Below, in pieces: positions 50,443 through 60,765 of a DNA stretch of 64,000 bases (position 1 is its first letter; every line of letters begins with the position of its first letter). Source of the stretch: Thermodesulfobacteriota bacterium (GTDB lineage: Bacteria > Desulfobacterota > QYQD01). Position numbers and translations under genes: made by a program. The stretch is from NCBI GenBank assembly GCA_040755415.1, contig JBFMAZ010000098.1, positions 2,160-66,159 of the forward strand, written 5' to 3'. The notes under the pieces were generated by a model. The model did no database searches. It was not told the origin of the DNA and saw only the letters and a program-made list of their open reading frames with translations.

Positions 50443-51666
50443 TCAAACCGCTTCTTCCGCACCGGCCAGGGCGATCCTCTGATATACGTATTTGAGAGGG
50501 ACATTGTGTTCGTTGGCTATTCTTCGGCATTCTTCATACTCAGGATAAACAACCTGCCGTCCATCCATTTCCCTGGCTATTTTTACCTTTATCAGGCCCC
50601 ACTCCGTCCTGACCTGGCCTATGGTGCGTTCCACAGCGAAGCGCCAGGCTCCGTAATAACGCATCCCCAGGGTGGTAGTCTCACGCAATATGATCTCCAT
50701 AAGCAAATCCTTTAATGCTCCAGGGCTTATCACCCGCAACAGCGTCCCCGGCCGATTTTTCTTCATTTGTATGGGAGATAGAGAGACATCCAGCGCCCCG
50801 GCCACAAACAATTTGTCCATCAGGTGGTCATAAAACTCGGGATTCATGTCGTCGATATGCGACTCTATGACCGTGACCGGCCTTGATTCAGGGATAGCCA
50901 AAGGATGCCCGCAGATCAGGCGCAGGAGATTTGGTATTTCAGGCAGTTCAGATGTGCCCGCGCCGTAACCCGCCTTGTCGATGCGCATGGCCGGCATCTG
51001 GCCGAAATCTTTAGCCAGGGCAGTGACCATAGCTGCTCCTGTAGGGGTTACAAGCTCTGTCTGGCTGTCCACCGGATATACAGGTACTCCCTTAAGGAGG
51101 GCCAGGGTGGCGGGGGCGGGTAACGGCAACCGGCCGTGGCTGGAATTTATCCAGCCTCTGGACATAGGGAGGGGCGAGCAATAGAATTCTTTTATGCCAA
51201 AGTAGTGGAAACCGATGGCCGCCCCTACGATATCAACTATGGTATCAACACCGCCTACTTCATGAAAATGGACCTTGGCCGGCGGCGTGTTATGGACCCG
51301 GGCCTCGGCCCCGGCGAGGCGTTTAAATATATTCAGGCTTATCTTTTTCACAGGCGCATCAAGGGTACTTTCCGATATGAGCTGCCGAATATCAGCAAAA
51401 GGACGTTCCGGGGGCGCTTTTTCCTTTACCTCTACCTCAAAAAATATGCTGCTGATGGGGTATTTTTTAGAACGATGGGCGCGGCAATGATATCCCTTTA
51501 AAGAGAGCTTCTTTAGCTCGCCCCTCAGTTTTTCCAGGGGTAATCCCAGGTCCAGAAGCGCCCCCACCACCATATTACCGCTTATGCCCCCAAGGCAGTC
51601 GAAGTACAGAATAGAATCACCGGTGTATTCCGGCACCTTATTTTTTTGTATTAGTGTTTCTTGCAT
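50443..51666 (-). CDS. larC: Nickel pincer cofactor biosynthesis protein LarC (start uncertain)
   Basis: GISGNM..GALLDLG, VHFHEVG, HGRLPLPAPAT, TPTGAA, MKKNRPG, PEYEEC. Confidence 0.92.
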   Translation of the reverse strand: MQETLIQKNKVPEYTGDSILYFDCLGGISGNMVVGALLDLGLPLEKLRGELKKLSLKGYHCRAHRSKKYPISSIFFEVEVKEKAPPERPFADIRQLISESTLDAPVKKISLNIFKRLAGAEARVHNTPPAKVHFHEVGGVDTIVDIVGAAIGFHYFGIKEFYCSPLPMSRGWINSSHGRLPLPAPATLALLKGVPVYPVDSQTELVTPTGAAMVTALAKDFGQMPAMRIDKAGYGAGTSELPEIPNLLRLICGHPLAIPESRPVTVIESHIDDMNPEFYDHLMDKLFVAGALDVSLSPIQMKKNRPGTLLRVISPGALKDLLMEIILRETTTLGMRYYGAWRFAVERTIGQVRTEWGLIKVKIAREMDGRQVVYPEYEECRRIANEHNVPLKYVYQRIALAGAEEAV

Positions 51667-52366
51667 GAAGCCTCTGGACCAGTCTGTAGATTTTCTCCCT
51701 GGCCACGTATGAAAAGACAACAGCGGCCAGGGCTATCCCGAGCAAAATAAAAAAAGTAGCATACGCCTGATCAAAAACCTTGCTCCCCTGGAGGACAAGC
51801 ATCAAAGTGCCGGGTATGCGGCCAACCGCAGTAATGATGAGAAAGACACTGGTGGGCATGAGACTAAGACCCAGGAGATAACACAGATAATCCTTGGGAA
51901 ACCCCGGCAGCAAAAAAAGGATAAAGGCTATAATAACGCCTTGGTGCTCGACTATGAAGTTGAATTTATTGTAGATCTTTGTCCCACCTAAACGGCGGGT
52001 AACGTAGGGCGCAAACAGCCTGGAGATGCTAAAGGCCAGCCATGAACCTAAGGTTAATCCAACGGTCGAATAGATAAATCCTTTAATCGCACCAAAGAGG
52101 TATCCGCCGATAAATCCGGTGGCTTCGCCCGGAATCGGAGAGATTACTACCTGCATTATCTGGAGGCCGATAAAGGCCAGGGGCGCCAGCGGCCCGAAAG
52201 AGGCCACAAAATTCCGTATCTTTTCCCGATCGGAAAGCAGGGCGCTAAATTTGTCATATCCGATGGTTGATAAAGAATTATGGAGCAATACCAGACCGAA
52301 TAATGAGAGGCATACGAGGATAATGCCCCAGAGTAATAACTTTTTGTAGGAATTGCCCTTGTCCAT
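51638..52366 (-). CDS. TVP38/TMEM64 (DedA-like) membrane protein
   Basis: QVVISPIPGE, LPGFPKDYLCY, GRIPG. Confidence 0.88.
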   Translation of the reverse strand: MDKGNSYKKLLLWGIILVCLSLFGLVLLHNSLSTIGYDKFSALLSDREKIRNFVASFGPLAPLAFIGLQIMQVVISPIPGEATGFIGGYLFGAIKGFIYSTVGLTLGSWLAFSISRLFAPYVTRRLGGTKIYNKFNFIVEHQGVIIAFILFLLPGFPKDYLCYLLGLSLMPTSVFLIITAVGRIPGTLMLVLQGSKVFDQAYATFFILLGIALAAVVFSYVAREKIYRLVQRLHARNTNTKK

Positions 52367-52421
52367 TGTTTTTCTATACTTATTTTTAAGACTTTTGGCA
52401 AGTCAAGTATGCATCCCAAAT

Positions 52422-52698
52422 CCACCGCCTATTTCCGTACAAGTTAGCTCCTGACCGTAAACACACCATGGTTGCTGTGCAGCATTATTTCAAATCCGAA
52501 ATCCGAAGCACGAATCTCGAAACAATATCGAATCACCAAAATTCAAATCCAAAATAATCAGCGCTGCTGTCGTTTGGAACATTGGGAATTTGGACATTTG
52601 AATTTGTTTCGGATTTCGATATTCGACATTCGGATTTGAACCCGGCTGCCTGGTAATCGGAGATCACCCATTGCTCCCTGTCAATAGTTTGATGGTGG
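52422..52698. repeat. About 277-bp dispersed repeat, copy 2
   Basis: Nearly identical to 14344-14619. Confidence 0.9.
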
Positions 52699-52777
52699 AT
52701 CGAGGTCGGCCTTTAATCTTGACTACACTCACACCAAATGTTACCTTACGCCTATCCATAAAAGTAAGGTTGTTGCT

Positions 52778-54424
52778 ATGAAAAAGTTCCTTATATTGAT
52801 AGGTAGTCTATTTATAATCCTGAGCTTATGTCCGTCACTCTGGGCCGGAGAACCGACCAGGGTTGCTATTATCCCCTTCAATGTCCATGCGCCGGGTGAT
52901 CTGTCCTACCTACAGGACGGTATTTTTGACATGCTCGCCAGCCGTATTGCCTGGGAAGGAAAGGTCGTAGTGCTGGAACGGCACGCGGTTAAAGATATAT
53001 ACCAAAAATATGCGGGCACTTTAAATGAAATATCGGCCAAAAAACTGGGGCAGGAGTTAAAGGTCGATTACATCCTTTTTGGCAGCCTTACGGTACTCGG
53101 GAATTCAAGCAGCCTGGACGCCAAGATAGTAGCCACAAATCTTAACCAACCAGCCATGTCCGTTTATACTCAGACAAAAAGTCTGGATGAGGTCATTCCC
53201 AAAGTTGATGAATTTGCCGGGGATATAAATGCCAAGATATTTGGCCGGGCTCCGATTGTCGCCCGTACCGCTGTCGCTCCACCTAAGGAACAAATGACAG
53301 TTACAGCCCACCCCCAGCGGATTTTATTGTCCACCCAGGAAGAGGAAACGTCTTCCAATCTAAATCCAGATTTTATTCAACTTTCTGCCAAACAAAAGAA
53401 GGCCAGCTTCTGGAAGAGCCAAGAGTTTCCATCCGTTATGCGTGGAATGCAGTTAGGTGACCTGGACGGCGATGGGCAGAAAGAGATGGTTTTCATCACC
53501 CAGACAGATGTCTGGATATACCGGCAAAAAGGTGAAAAACTGGAAAAAATAAGACATATCAAGGGCAAATCCACTTATGATCAACTTTCCGTGGACGTAG
53601 GGGATATAAATGGTAACGGAACCCCTGAAATTTACGTATCCAACCTGAGTTCCGGCAACGTGGATTCATTCGTCCTGGAATGGAATGGCTCAGATTTTGT
53701 GCGCATCGCCGAACATCTCCGCTGGTATCTCAGGGTAACTAAGACTGCCGTAGGCAGCCTGACTATAGTTGGCCAGCAAAAGGATATTAATAGTCCCTTT
53801 GCGTCGGCCATTTGCGAGCTGCTATGGGTAAACAAAAAGTTAGAGGCCGGAGAACAACTTCGCCTACCTGTAGGCGCTAACGTATTCAATTTCACGATAG
53901 CGGACATTGACGGGGATAAGACCGCAGAAACTATCATGATCGATGAATACAATAAACTCAAGGTCTATTCTGCCTCTGGTGAACTACGCTGGAAAAGTGA
54001 CGAACCCTATGGCGAAACTATTAACTTTGTTACGGTCAACCCCAACCGCACACGCTCTGACACTGAAGAAAGGATATATCTGCCCTCCCGGATCATTGTG
54101 GCCGATCTGAACAAAGATGGCGTTACCGACCTTATAGTAAACAGAAACCTTTCTACCGCATCCCGATTGTTGCGAAATTTCAAGGAATATACCAGCAGCG
54201 AGATATATTTGCTCAGTTGGGACGGGCTGGGCCTGGCAGAAAGTTGGAAGACACGCAAGATATCCGGCGGGGTCTGTGATTATCAGTTAGTAGATACCGA
54301 TGGGAAAGACCATTACGAACTCTTTGTCGGTATCATAATGAGAACCGGCATCGCACCTCTGGTCTCCGGCAAAAGCACGATAATCAGCTACAAGCTCAAC
54401 GTCAACCAGGACGAAAAGAACTGA
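52778..54424 (+). CDS. Exported FG-GAP/VCBS repeat protein with N-terminal TolB-like domain
   Basis: Signal peptide; GDLDGDG, GDINGNG, ADIDGD, ADLNKDG repeats. Confidence 0.85.
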   Translation: MKKFLILIGSLFIILSLCPSLWAGEPTRVAIIPFNVHAPGDLSYLQDGIFDMLASRIAWEGKVVVLERHAVKDIYQKYAGTLNEISAKKLGQELKVDYILFGSLTVLGNSSSLDAKIVATNLNQPAMSVYTQTKSLDEVIPKVDEFAGDINAKIFGRAPIVARTAVAPPKEQMTVTAHPQRILLSTQEEETSSNLNPDFIQLSAKQKKASFWKSQEFPSVMRGMQLGDLDGDGQKEMVFITQTDVWIYRQKGEKLEKIRHIKGKSTYDQLSVDVGDINGNGTPEIYVSNLSSGNVDSFVLEWNGSDFVRIAEHLRWYLRVTKTAVGSLTIVGQQKDINSPFASAICELLWVNKKLEAGEQLRLPVGANVFNFTIADIDGDKTAETIMIDEYNKLKVYSASGELRWKSDEPYGETINFVTVNPNRTRSDTEERIYLPSRIIVADLNKDGVTDLIVNRNLSTASRLLRNFKEYTSSEIYLLSWDGLGLAESWKTRKISGGVCDYQLVDTDGKDHYELFVGIIMRTGIAPLVSGKSTIISYKLNVNQDEKN

Positions 54425-54429
54425 GCATC

Positions 54430-54525
54430 GTAGATCCGCCGCAGGAGGACCCGGCGTTCGCACCCCGCAACGCAGGGGCGCTGCTTGCTGCGCCCCTATT
54501 GGGCCCGCCCAGGCGGACCTCTACG
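54430..54525. repeat. REP-like palindromes (GTAG..CTAC; GGGGCG..CGCCCC)
   Basis: gtagatccgcc..ggcggacctctac enclosing aggggcgc..gcgcccct. Confidence 0.6.
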
Positions 54526-54655
54526 CCAACCTTGGCGACCTCTCACGCCTTCGGCGCATCTCCCCTCTCACCTTCCTTGACCGCCGACCGCTGTAATCTG
54601 TTTTTTTGTTGACATTTTTTTGAAGTTAACGGTTAACTTACCGATGTATCTTTAG

Positions 54656-54778
54656 TATTACTTCGGCGAGTAAATATATAAAAATGTCATGCCGGACTTG
54701 ATCCGGCATCCAGTTCATTTCTGGATTCCGGCTTTCGCCGGAATGACGGTATTTGAGTATTTAATTGCCGGAGTAATA
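54656..54778. mobile_element. MITE with TATTACTCCGGC termini and GTCATGCCGG..GGAATGAC cargo
   Basis: TIR tattacttcggcgagtaaata/tatttaattgccggagtaata; same termini at 63906. Confidence 0.75.
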
Positions 54779-54830
54779 ATATCCACCGGGGATCTGTTCC
54801 GTACAACCAGATACAAGGATCTGCTAAACC

Positions 54831-55541
54831 ATGGAAGCCCTTGTCGGTAAAAATGCCCTGCGTTTTTTGCGCGAGATCCTGTTGAGGAAAACTCAACTCA
54901 GCCTGTTTATTCCCGGTGCTGATTACACTCGTTTAACTATCATCCTAAAGCTCCCTGTAATCGGTGACCAACAATATGTGGCAATGGACTGGATAGAAGA
55001 TTTTACGGATACTATTATCTCTAATCCGGATCCCAAGCTTATCTTTGAGTGTATTGACAACCAGAAAATCCCGTATCGTTTTCGGGCGAAGCTATACAAG
55101 GCGGAGGGCAGGGAGATATGGGTCTATTTCCCAAAAGAAATTGTTCGCATCCAGAGACGGCGTCACTTCCGTATCGATGTGCCCTCCGGCAGTGAAGTGA
55201 GTATGTCTCCGGGAGGAGAAACTTCGATCTTTGCCATAAAAGACATCAGTGTAAGCGGATTAGCCATCCTCGTACCCCGAAACAAGGGAAAAGAGAAATT
55301 TCTAAAGCCCGGTGATGAACTAAAAGATCTCAGGGTCCATCTCCTCCTGGAGGGAAAAGTTTACGGGATTGACGTAAAGTCAGCCATAGTAAGAAGGTTG
55401 CAAGATAATATGGAGACCAACGTGATCCTATGTGGATTAGAATTCACCGGCATTGATAACAAGACAGAAAATATAGTTAACGACTATATCCGCAGACTGG
55501 AACGTTCTATGCTCCGCAAGTTACGTGGAATAGAAGACTAA
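54831..55541 (+). CDS. YcgR-like PilZ-domain (c-di-GMP-binding) protein
   Basis: QRRRHFR, DISVSG, CGLEF. Confidence 0.85.
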   Translation: MEALVGKNALRFLREILLRKTQLSLFIPGADYTRLTIILKLPVIGDQQYVAMDWIEDFTDTIISNPDPKLIFECIDNQKIPYRFRAKLYKAEGREIWVYFPKEIVRIQRRRHFRIDVPSGSEVSMSPGGETSIFAIKDISVSGLAILVPRNKGKEKFLKPGDELKDLRVHLLLEGKVYGIDVKSAIVRRLQDNMETNVILCGLEFTGIDNKTENIVNDYIRRLERSMLRKLRGIED

Positions 55542-55658
55542 GTTGTTATTGATTATTTGTTTTTTTTTGTTTATTTTTACATAGTCAAATTTTCCTCAGG
55601 ATAGCCGCAAAGCCTTTCCTATAGGCCCGCAATTTTTCAGGAGGTAATATAAGGAATA

Positions 55659-56795
55659 ATGAAATCAAAGCCGCATGCTAGTTATGCCCCTCTGTCTCAA
55701 GAGGCTAAACTTCGTAAACGTAAGATTTTAGCTGAAGCGATGCGTCCCGTGGAGATATCGCCAGGCATAACCGTGGGTAATCTGCTGGAACAGATGAGCG
55801 GGATGTCCATACAGGCACGAAATCTGGGTAACTGTGCGAGGGTTCTGTCCAGGATGTTTGAAGATCCCGATCGGCCTACAATTTTTCTGGGGCTGGCAGG
55901 ACCCTTGATCGCCGCTGGGTTAAGAAATGTCATACGTGAGTTAATCGTAGGAGGTTATATAGACGTAGTGGTGTCAACAGGGGCCATCCTCTATCAGGAC
56001 ATATACCAGGCCAGAGGATATAAACATTATAAAGGGACTCCGGCGGCAGATGACCGGATACTCAGAGATCTTTATATAGACCGCATCTATGATACCTATG
56101 TAGATGAGGAGGCCTTCTGGAAAACGGATATGTGGTGCGGCAAGATCGCCGATGAATTACCACCCGGCAATTATTCCAGCCGGCAATACCTGGATTTTCT
56201 TGGCACTCATCTTGATGACGAACGCTCTATAGTTTATCAATGTCATCGCTTAGGCATCCCCATTTTCGCCCCGGCGATAAATGATTCTTCTATAGGTATC
56301 GGTCTTACTGAACACCGGCACAGATGTAAGCTGGAGTCAAGACCGGGCGTTGCCATTGATTCTATTCAGGACAATTATGAGCTTACGCAGATTGTGGTCA
56401 AGTCAAAGAAGACGGCGGCCATCTACGTGGCCGGTGGCGTACCGAAAAACTACATTAACGACTCCATAGTTATGAGTTACATATTCAGCCTGGAACGAGG
56501 ACACGCCTATGCCGTACAGGTCACCACAGCAGTTTCACATGACGGCGGCCTTTCCGGCTCAACCCTGGGTGAAGCCCAGTCCTGGGGGAAGATAAAGAAA
56601 GATGCAGACTTTGCCATGGCCTGGGTAGAACCCAGTGTCTCCTTACCACTCCTGGCTGCTTATGCGCTGGAAAAACATCCTGCACCAGCCAGGCCGCGGC
56701 TGGCCTTTAATTGGGAAGGGGACATCCTCAAAGGATTAAAGCCGGAAAAAGTTGCCCGGAAGAGCAGACAAGGCAAGCTTAAAGCCCAAAGCTGA
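55659..56795 (+). CDS. Deoxyhypusine synthase-like protein (probable homospermidine synthase)
   Basis: DSSIG, GGVPKN, DGGLSGSTLGEAQSWGK. Confidence 0.9.
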   Translation: MKSKPHASYAPLSQEAKLRKRKILAEAMRPVEISPGITVGNLLEQMSGMSIQARNLGNCARVLSRMFEDPDRPTIFLGLAGPLIAAGLRNVIRELIVGGYIDVVVSTGAILYQDIYQARGYKHYKGTPAADDRILRDLYIDRIYDTYVDEEAFWKTDMWCGKIADELPPGNYSSRQYLDFLGTHLDDERSIVYQCHRLGIPIFAPAINDSSIGIGLTEHRHRCKLESRPGVAIDSIQDNYELTQIVVKSKKTAAIYVAGGVPKNYINDSIVMSYIFSLERGHAYAVQVTTAVSHDGGLSGSTLGEAQSWGKIKKDADFAMAWVEPSVSLPLLAAYALEKHPAPARPRLAFNWEGDILKGLKPEKVARKSRQGKLKAQS

Positions 56796-56825
56796 AGGCT
56801 GAAAGAATAACAAATTTCAAATTTC

Positions 56826-56987
56826 GTATCAGTTTAGCTGTTTGAAAAAGTATTCTTAAATCCCTCCCAACCTCCCTTTTCCAAAGGGAGGAGAAACACT
56901 TCCCCCTTTGGAAAAGGGGGATTGAGGGGGATTTTGGCCCTTATAGCGCCTTGCTTAGGTATATTTTTCAAAAACCTAAAATGTTAC
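56826..56987. mobile_element. IS66-like MITE copy 5, nested in heptamer arrays (56810-57150)
   Basis: Appears identical to copy 3; TSD CAAATTTC. Confidence 0.92.
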
Positions 56988-57179
56988 CAAATTTCAAAGC
57001 TCAAAGTTCAAATGAATGTCAAAGCACCGAAGTTCAAAACGTCACTGGTCATCAGTCATTAGTCATTGGTTAAGTTGGAAGGATGGATTACTTTTGCCAT
57101 TGACAAATGACTATTGACTAATGACTTCTACTTTTGTCATTTGAGCTTAAGATGGCATTTCTGTCCCTTGCGGTCTGTG

Positions 57180-57962
57180 TTATTTAAGCGGAAGCGTCTT
57201 CCCCCCAAATAGCATAAACTGGGCCCACCTGATACCGAACTTCATCAGTTCCAGTTCATCTGAACGAAGCCGGGTGACATACTCGACCGAAAGGTCAAAC
57301 TCCTCCAGGAACCCCGGTGTAAAGACCATGTCTTTGAATTTATCCAGGTTGTAGCAGGCCAGGGCAAAATTTCGCATCTGTTCATCGGTTAGATTTTTAA
57401 TCCCGGCACGATCCCTGCTCACAATAATTTCCATAAAGAGATCGTTCATCTGATTATAAATTTTTATCTCCTGATCATCCAGCCACTCTTCTATAGACCA
57501 TTCATCCGGCTCTGCAAACCCAAGGCAATGCTCTTCCCGAAAGATAAAATAGGTCTCCTTTTTTCTGTTGGTATCTCTGTTTTTTTCTACCAGGCGCCCG
57601 AGCGGATAAGTACGGCAGGAGGCAGGTCGGTCTGCATAGACCGTACACCCCTCCGGCGTAACAAAAGGGCAGGTCCGCTCCTGGTCCTTGTTCATACGAA
57701 GAGTCATTACCGGAAATCCCGAGACAATACCGATATTGGTAGAGGCATATTTCCGCAGAAAATCTCCGGATGAAATGCCCAGCCTGTTCTTCAGGCGCAG
57801 GATATCATAAGGCGAGAGGAAGAGATTAAGGTCCCGGCAACAATGGGTAAAACATCTTAACCCCTTGCGGCAGGCAAAGCGAAACCTCTCGCCCGGTACG
57901 AGCAGCCGGGGCTCTTCTAACTCGCCTGCTTCTCCGTTTACAACTTTGTTCGGTTCTGTCAT
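57180..57962 (-). CDS. YkgJ-family cysteine cluster protein
   Basis: CFTHCC, CPFV..GCTVYADRPASCRTYP. Confidence 0.88.
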   Translation of the reverse strand: MTEPNKVVNGEAGELEEPRLLVPGERFRFACRKGLRCFTHCCRDLNLFLSPYDILRLKNRLGISSGDFLRKYASTNIGIVSGFPVMTLRMNKDQERTCPFVTPEGCTVYADRPASCRTYPLGRLVEKNRDTNRKKETYFIFREEHCLGFAEPDEWSIEEWLDDQEIKIYNQMNDLFMEIIVSRDRAGIKNLTDEQMRNFALACYNLDKFKDMVFTPGFLEEFDLSVEYVTRLRSDELELMKFGIRWAQFMLFGGKTLPLK

Positions 57963-57981
57963 GTTTTTATTTCCTTTTGAG

Positions 57982-58185
57982 TTAAATCTTGCCGGACTGC
58001 ACAAGCTGGGCAAAATATTCAAAAGACCGGTTATACGTAAGTTCCGCCTCCCTGGGAAAACAGCAACCCGGCAGTTCCCGATTTCTTAAATGATAGCTCA
58101 GACATTCACAGCATATGCCCTTGCGCGGGCAGGGCTCATAGGTGCAGATACACTTCTTGAGGTTCTCATCTTTTCGGCATTCCAT
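57982..58185 (-). CDS. Small Cys-rich protein (DUF6485-like)
   Basis: SD ggagg; CICTYEPCPRKGICCECLSYH..LPGCCF. Confidence 0.75.
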   Translation of the reverse strand: MECRKDENLKKCICTYEPCPRKGICCECLSYHLRNRELPGCCFPREAELTYNRSFEYFAQLVQSGKI

Positions 58186-58275
58186 GTGAAATTCCTCCCC
58201 TGTGATTTGAGTTCGGCTCTCCCTTAGACCTGTCTGTTTAGCCGTTCTTAATCCACTCCCATCACTCATCACTCA

Positions 58276-58539
58276 TTACTCATCACTTTTCTGAACGTAC
58301 CTTAGCCTTTTTATCTCGTTACGCCTCGTAAGTATCTCAAAAGCTATCTCAAAATTCCTCTTGCGCAGGAGATGAATTTCTTCAGTATGAATCTCACGGT
58401 ACTTAAGCTCCCTTTCCGTGAGTTCCAGTATCTTTCGATCATTGGCCTTTTTTTCTGCTTCTAACTCCTGAATCCTTTTTTCCAAACGGGCCCTCTGCAT
58501 TTCAACTTCTTTGGTTACCGTCTCTTCCATTTTTTCCAT
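58276..58539 (-). CDS. Hypothetical coiled-coil protein
   Basis: E/K/R-rich ORF co-oriented with its neighbours. Confidence 0.55.
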   Translation of the reverse strand: MEKMEETVTKEVEMQRARLEKRIQELEAEKKANDRKILELTERELKYREIHTEEIHLLRKRNFEIAFEILTRRNEIKRLRYVQKSDE

Positions 58540-58554
58540 CTCTTAAGTGGTTTC

Positions 58555-58714
58555 AACACCTTAGGTTTTTGAAAAATATGCCTAGGCAAGGCACTATACG
58601 GACTAAAATCCCCCTCAATCCCCCTTTACCAAAGGGGGAAGTGTTTCTCCTCCCTTTGAAAAAGGGAGGTTGGAAGGGATTTAAGAATACTTTTTCAAAC
58701 AGCCAAACTGATAC
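58555..58714. mobile_element. IS66-like MITE copy 6 (diverged, terminal GT lost)
   Basis: TSD GTGGTTTC on both sides. Confidence 0.85.
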
Positions 58715-58829
58715 GTGGTTTCTAAGATTTTGGCCAATGAGACCACGTTGCTTTTTAGCCTGTTTAAGCGCTTAAGACAAGATTTTTGTGCACTCAAATT
58801 AAAATGAAGCCGCAAAGAATCAAAATTTT

Positions 58830-59010
58830 GACGGCACAGTAAAAAGCTCCAGTTGCAAGGCGCGCAAAGCCTGAGGAATGAGGCGTACTTGTAGCTACGC
58901 CGCAGTGGTTGCGAGGCCTTAGCTGAAGCAAACTCGGAGATTCCTCGCTTCGCTCGGAACAAGCTCCGGATGCCGCGCAACGCAGCAAATGGACTTTTTA
59001 CGAAGCCATC
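58830..59010. mobile_element. MITE-like element of the GA(T/C)G..GTAAAAAG shell family
   Basis: gacggcacagtaaaaag ... ggactttttacgaagccatc; contains a gagattcctcgcttcgctcggaa fragment; no clear TSD. Confidence 0.65.
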
Positions 59011-59107
59011 AATTAAAACTTAACAGAATTAAAGAATACGGGTAAAATGCTCGATTGAAAATATATGACAAACTCGTAAAAAGCGCCCGGAGGGAACCAA
59101 TCAAAGC

Positions 59108-60139
59108 ATGGAACTCCGTTTTCATGAGGCCAATCTCGAAATTGATGACCGGATAGAGTCCTTGATGGACCTGGCAGGTGTTGATGCCAATCGCGATATT
59201 ATACGCGAATTAATTATTGCCAGCCTGAAGGGTGGTCAGGACACCAGGGATCGTGGCGACCTGAAGATGATGAATACCACTCTCAAAGAGATGCGCTATA
59301 CTGCAAAGGTCTTTGGGCCTTACCGGAACCGGCTCAAGGTAACGGTATTTGGTTCAGCCAGGACCCTTCCCGACACACCGCTTTATGATATGGCCCTTCG
59401 CTTTGCCCGCGGGTTGGTCGAGAATGGCTTTATGGTGATTACCGGCGGCGGTCCTGGTATCATGGAAGCAGCCAACAAGGGGGCCGGCCGTGAAAACTCT
59501 TTTGGTGTCGCTATCAAACTCCCTTTCGAACAGGTGACTAATGAGATAATAGCCTCTAACCCGCGCATGATCCAGTACAAATACTTTTTTAACCGCAAGG
59601 TGGCCTTTATTAAGGAGACCCATGCTGTGGCGCTGTTCCCCGGCGGGTTTGGAACCATGGACGAGGTTATGGAGGCCATGACCCTCGTTCAGACCGGAAA
59701 ACAGAATCCCATCCCTATCGTGTTTCTCGAAACCAGAGAAAATGGATATTGGAAAAAATGGATGGAATTTTTGCAGGGCTGCCTGGTCAAGGGCGGATAC
59801 ATCTCACCAGAAGACCTGCGACTATTCACTATCCTGAACGATGAAAAAGAGGCAGTAAAAGCGATTACGTACTTTTATCGCCGTTATCACTCCATGCGCT
59901 ACGTAGGAGATATGGTAGTATTACGCCTGAAAACGGGGCTAAAAGAGGCTGACATTCAGGCATTGAATGAAGAATTCACACGGGACCTCCTGCCCGGTGG
60001 AAATTTTGAGGCCCGGGAGGCCTTGCCGGAGGAACAAGATGAACCTGAACTGTTAGAACTGCCGCGTTTGACGTTCCCCTTTAATAAGAAATCCTTCGCC
60101 AGCCTTAAGGCTATAATCGAACGGATTAATAGCCTCTGA
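59108..60139 (+). CDS. LOG family protein (TIGR00730-like)
   Basis: VFGSAR, TGGGPGIMEA, PGGFGTMDE. Confidence 0.9.
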   Translation: MELRFHEANLEIDDRIESLMDLAGVDANRDIIRELIIASLKGGQDTRDRGDLKMMNTTLKEMRYTAKVFGPYRNRLKVTVFGSARTLPDTPLYDMALRFARGLVENGFMVITGGGPGIMEAANKGAGRENSFGVAIKLPFEQVTNEIIASNPRMIQYKYFFNRKVAFIKETHAVALFPGGFGTMDEVMEAMTLVQTGKQNPIPIVFLETRENGYWKKWMEFLQGCLVKGGYISPEDLRLFTILNDEKEAVKAITYFYRRYHSMRYVGDMVVLRLKTGLKEADIQALNEEFTRDLLPGGNFEAREALPEEQDEPELLELPRLTFPFNKKSFASLKAIIERINSL

Positions 60140-60152
60140 CATAGGCCGGCGA

Positions 60153-60602
60153 TTATTCTGTTTCTTTAAATTTTACTACCTTAATTATATCCCTATAAAA
60201 TTCCTTTTCTTCCTTAGACACCTCGGTCTTAAATAGTTTCCGCGTGACCAATATTGGAATTCGCTGATTCAAGGCTAGGGCTAGGGCATCACTGGGCCTG
60301 GAATCAGCCCCGACCTCGTTCCCGCCTTTTTCATAGATGACCTTGGCGATATAAGCATTATCTTGCTGATCATATATCTCTACGCGCAAGAATCTGACGC
60401 CCAGATTTTTCAATATCCCTAAATAAAGATCATGCGTTAGAGGCCGGGGGGGCCTGTAAGTGCCTTTTTCCTTGGCAATGGCAGCAAATTCAGCCGGACC
60501 AATGAGCATCGTAAAATAATATTTACTGTCGGCCTTTTCTTTTAAGATAATTTGATATCCGTCCTGTTGCTCCACCAGTTGAACATCATGTATGGCTATC
60601 AT
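60153..60602 (-). CDS. Bifunctional nuclease family (DUF151) protein
   Basis: RPLTHDL, DSRPSDALALA. Confidence 0.9.
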   Translation of the reverse strand: MIAIHDVQLVEQQDGYQIILKEKADSKYYFTMLIGPAEFAAIAKEKGTYRPPRPLTHDLYLGILKNLGVRFLRVEIYDQQDNAYIAKVIYEKGGNEVGADSRPSDALALALNQRIPILVTRKLFKTEVSKEEKEFYRDIIKVVKFKETE

Positions 60603-60765
60603 ATTTTCCTGCCCTTCCAAATCGATTCCTCCTGTAACACGCTAATTCTTCTACCAAGGTCGATATCATTTACCTGAAGACCTTACAAAGGTCAAGCACC
60701 CCTAGACCTTCCCCATTTTTATGGAATCCTTAAAAAAGGTCAATCGGCACTCCGCTGTGGTAACA

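Noticed and set aside
55590-55640. Riboswitch upstream of the DHS-like gene
   Set aside because: Only a short GCAAAGCC match; no complete aptamer structure could be built by eye
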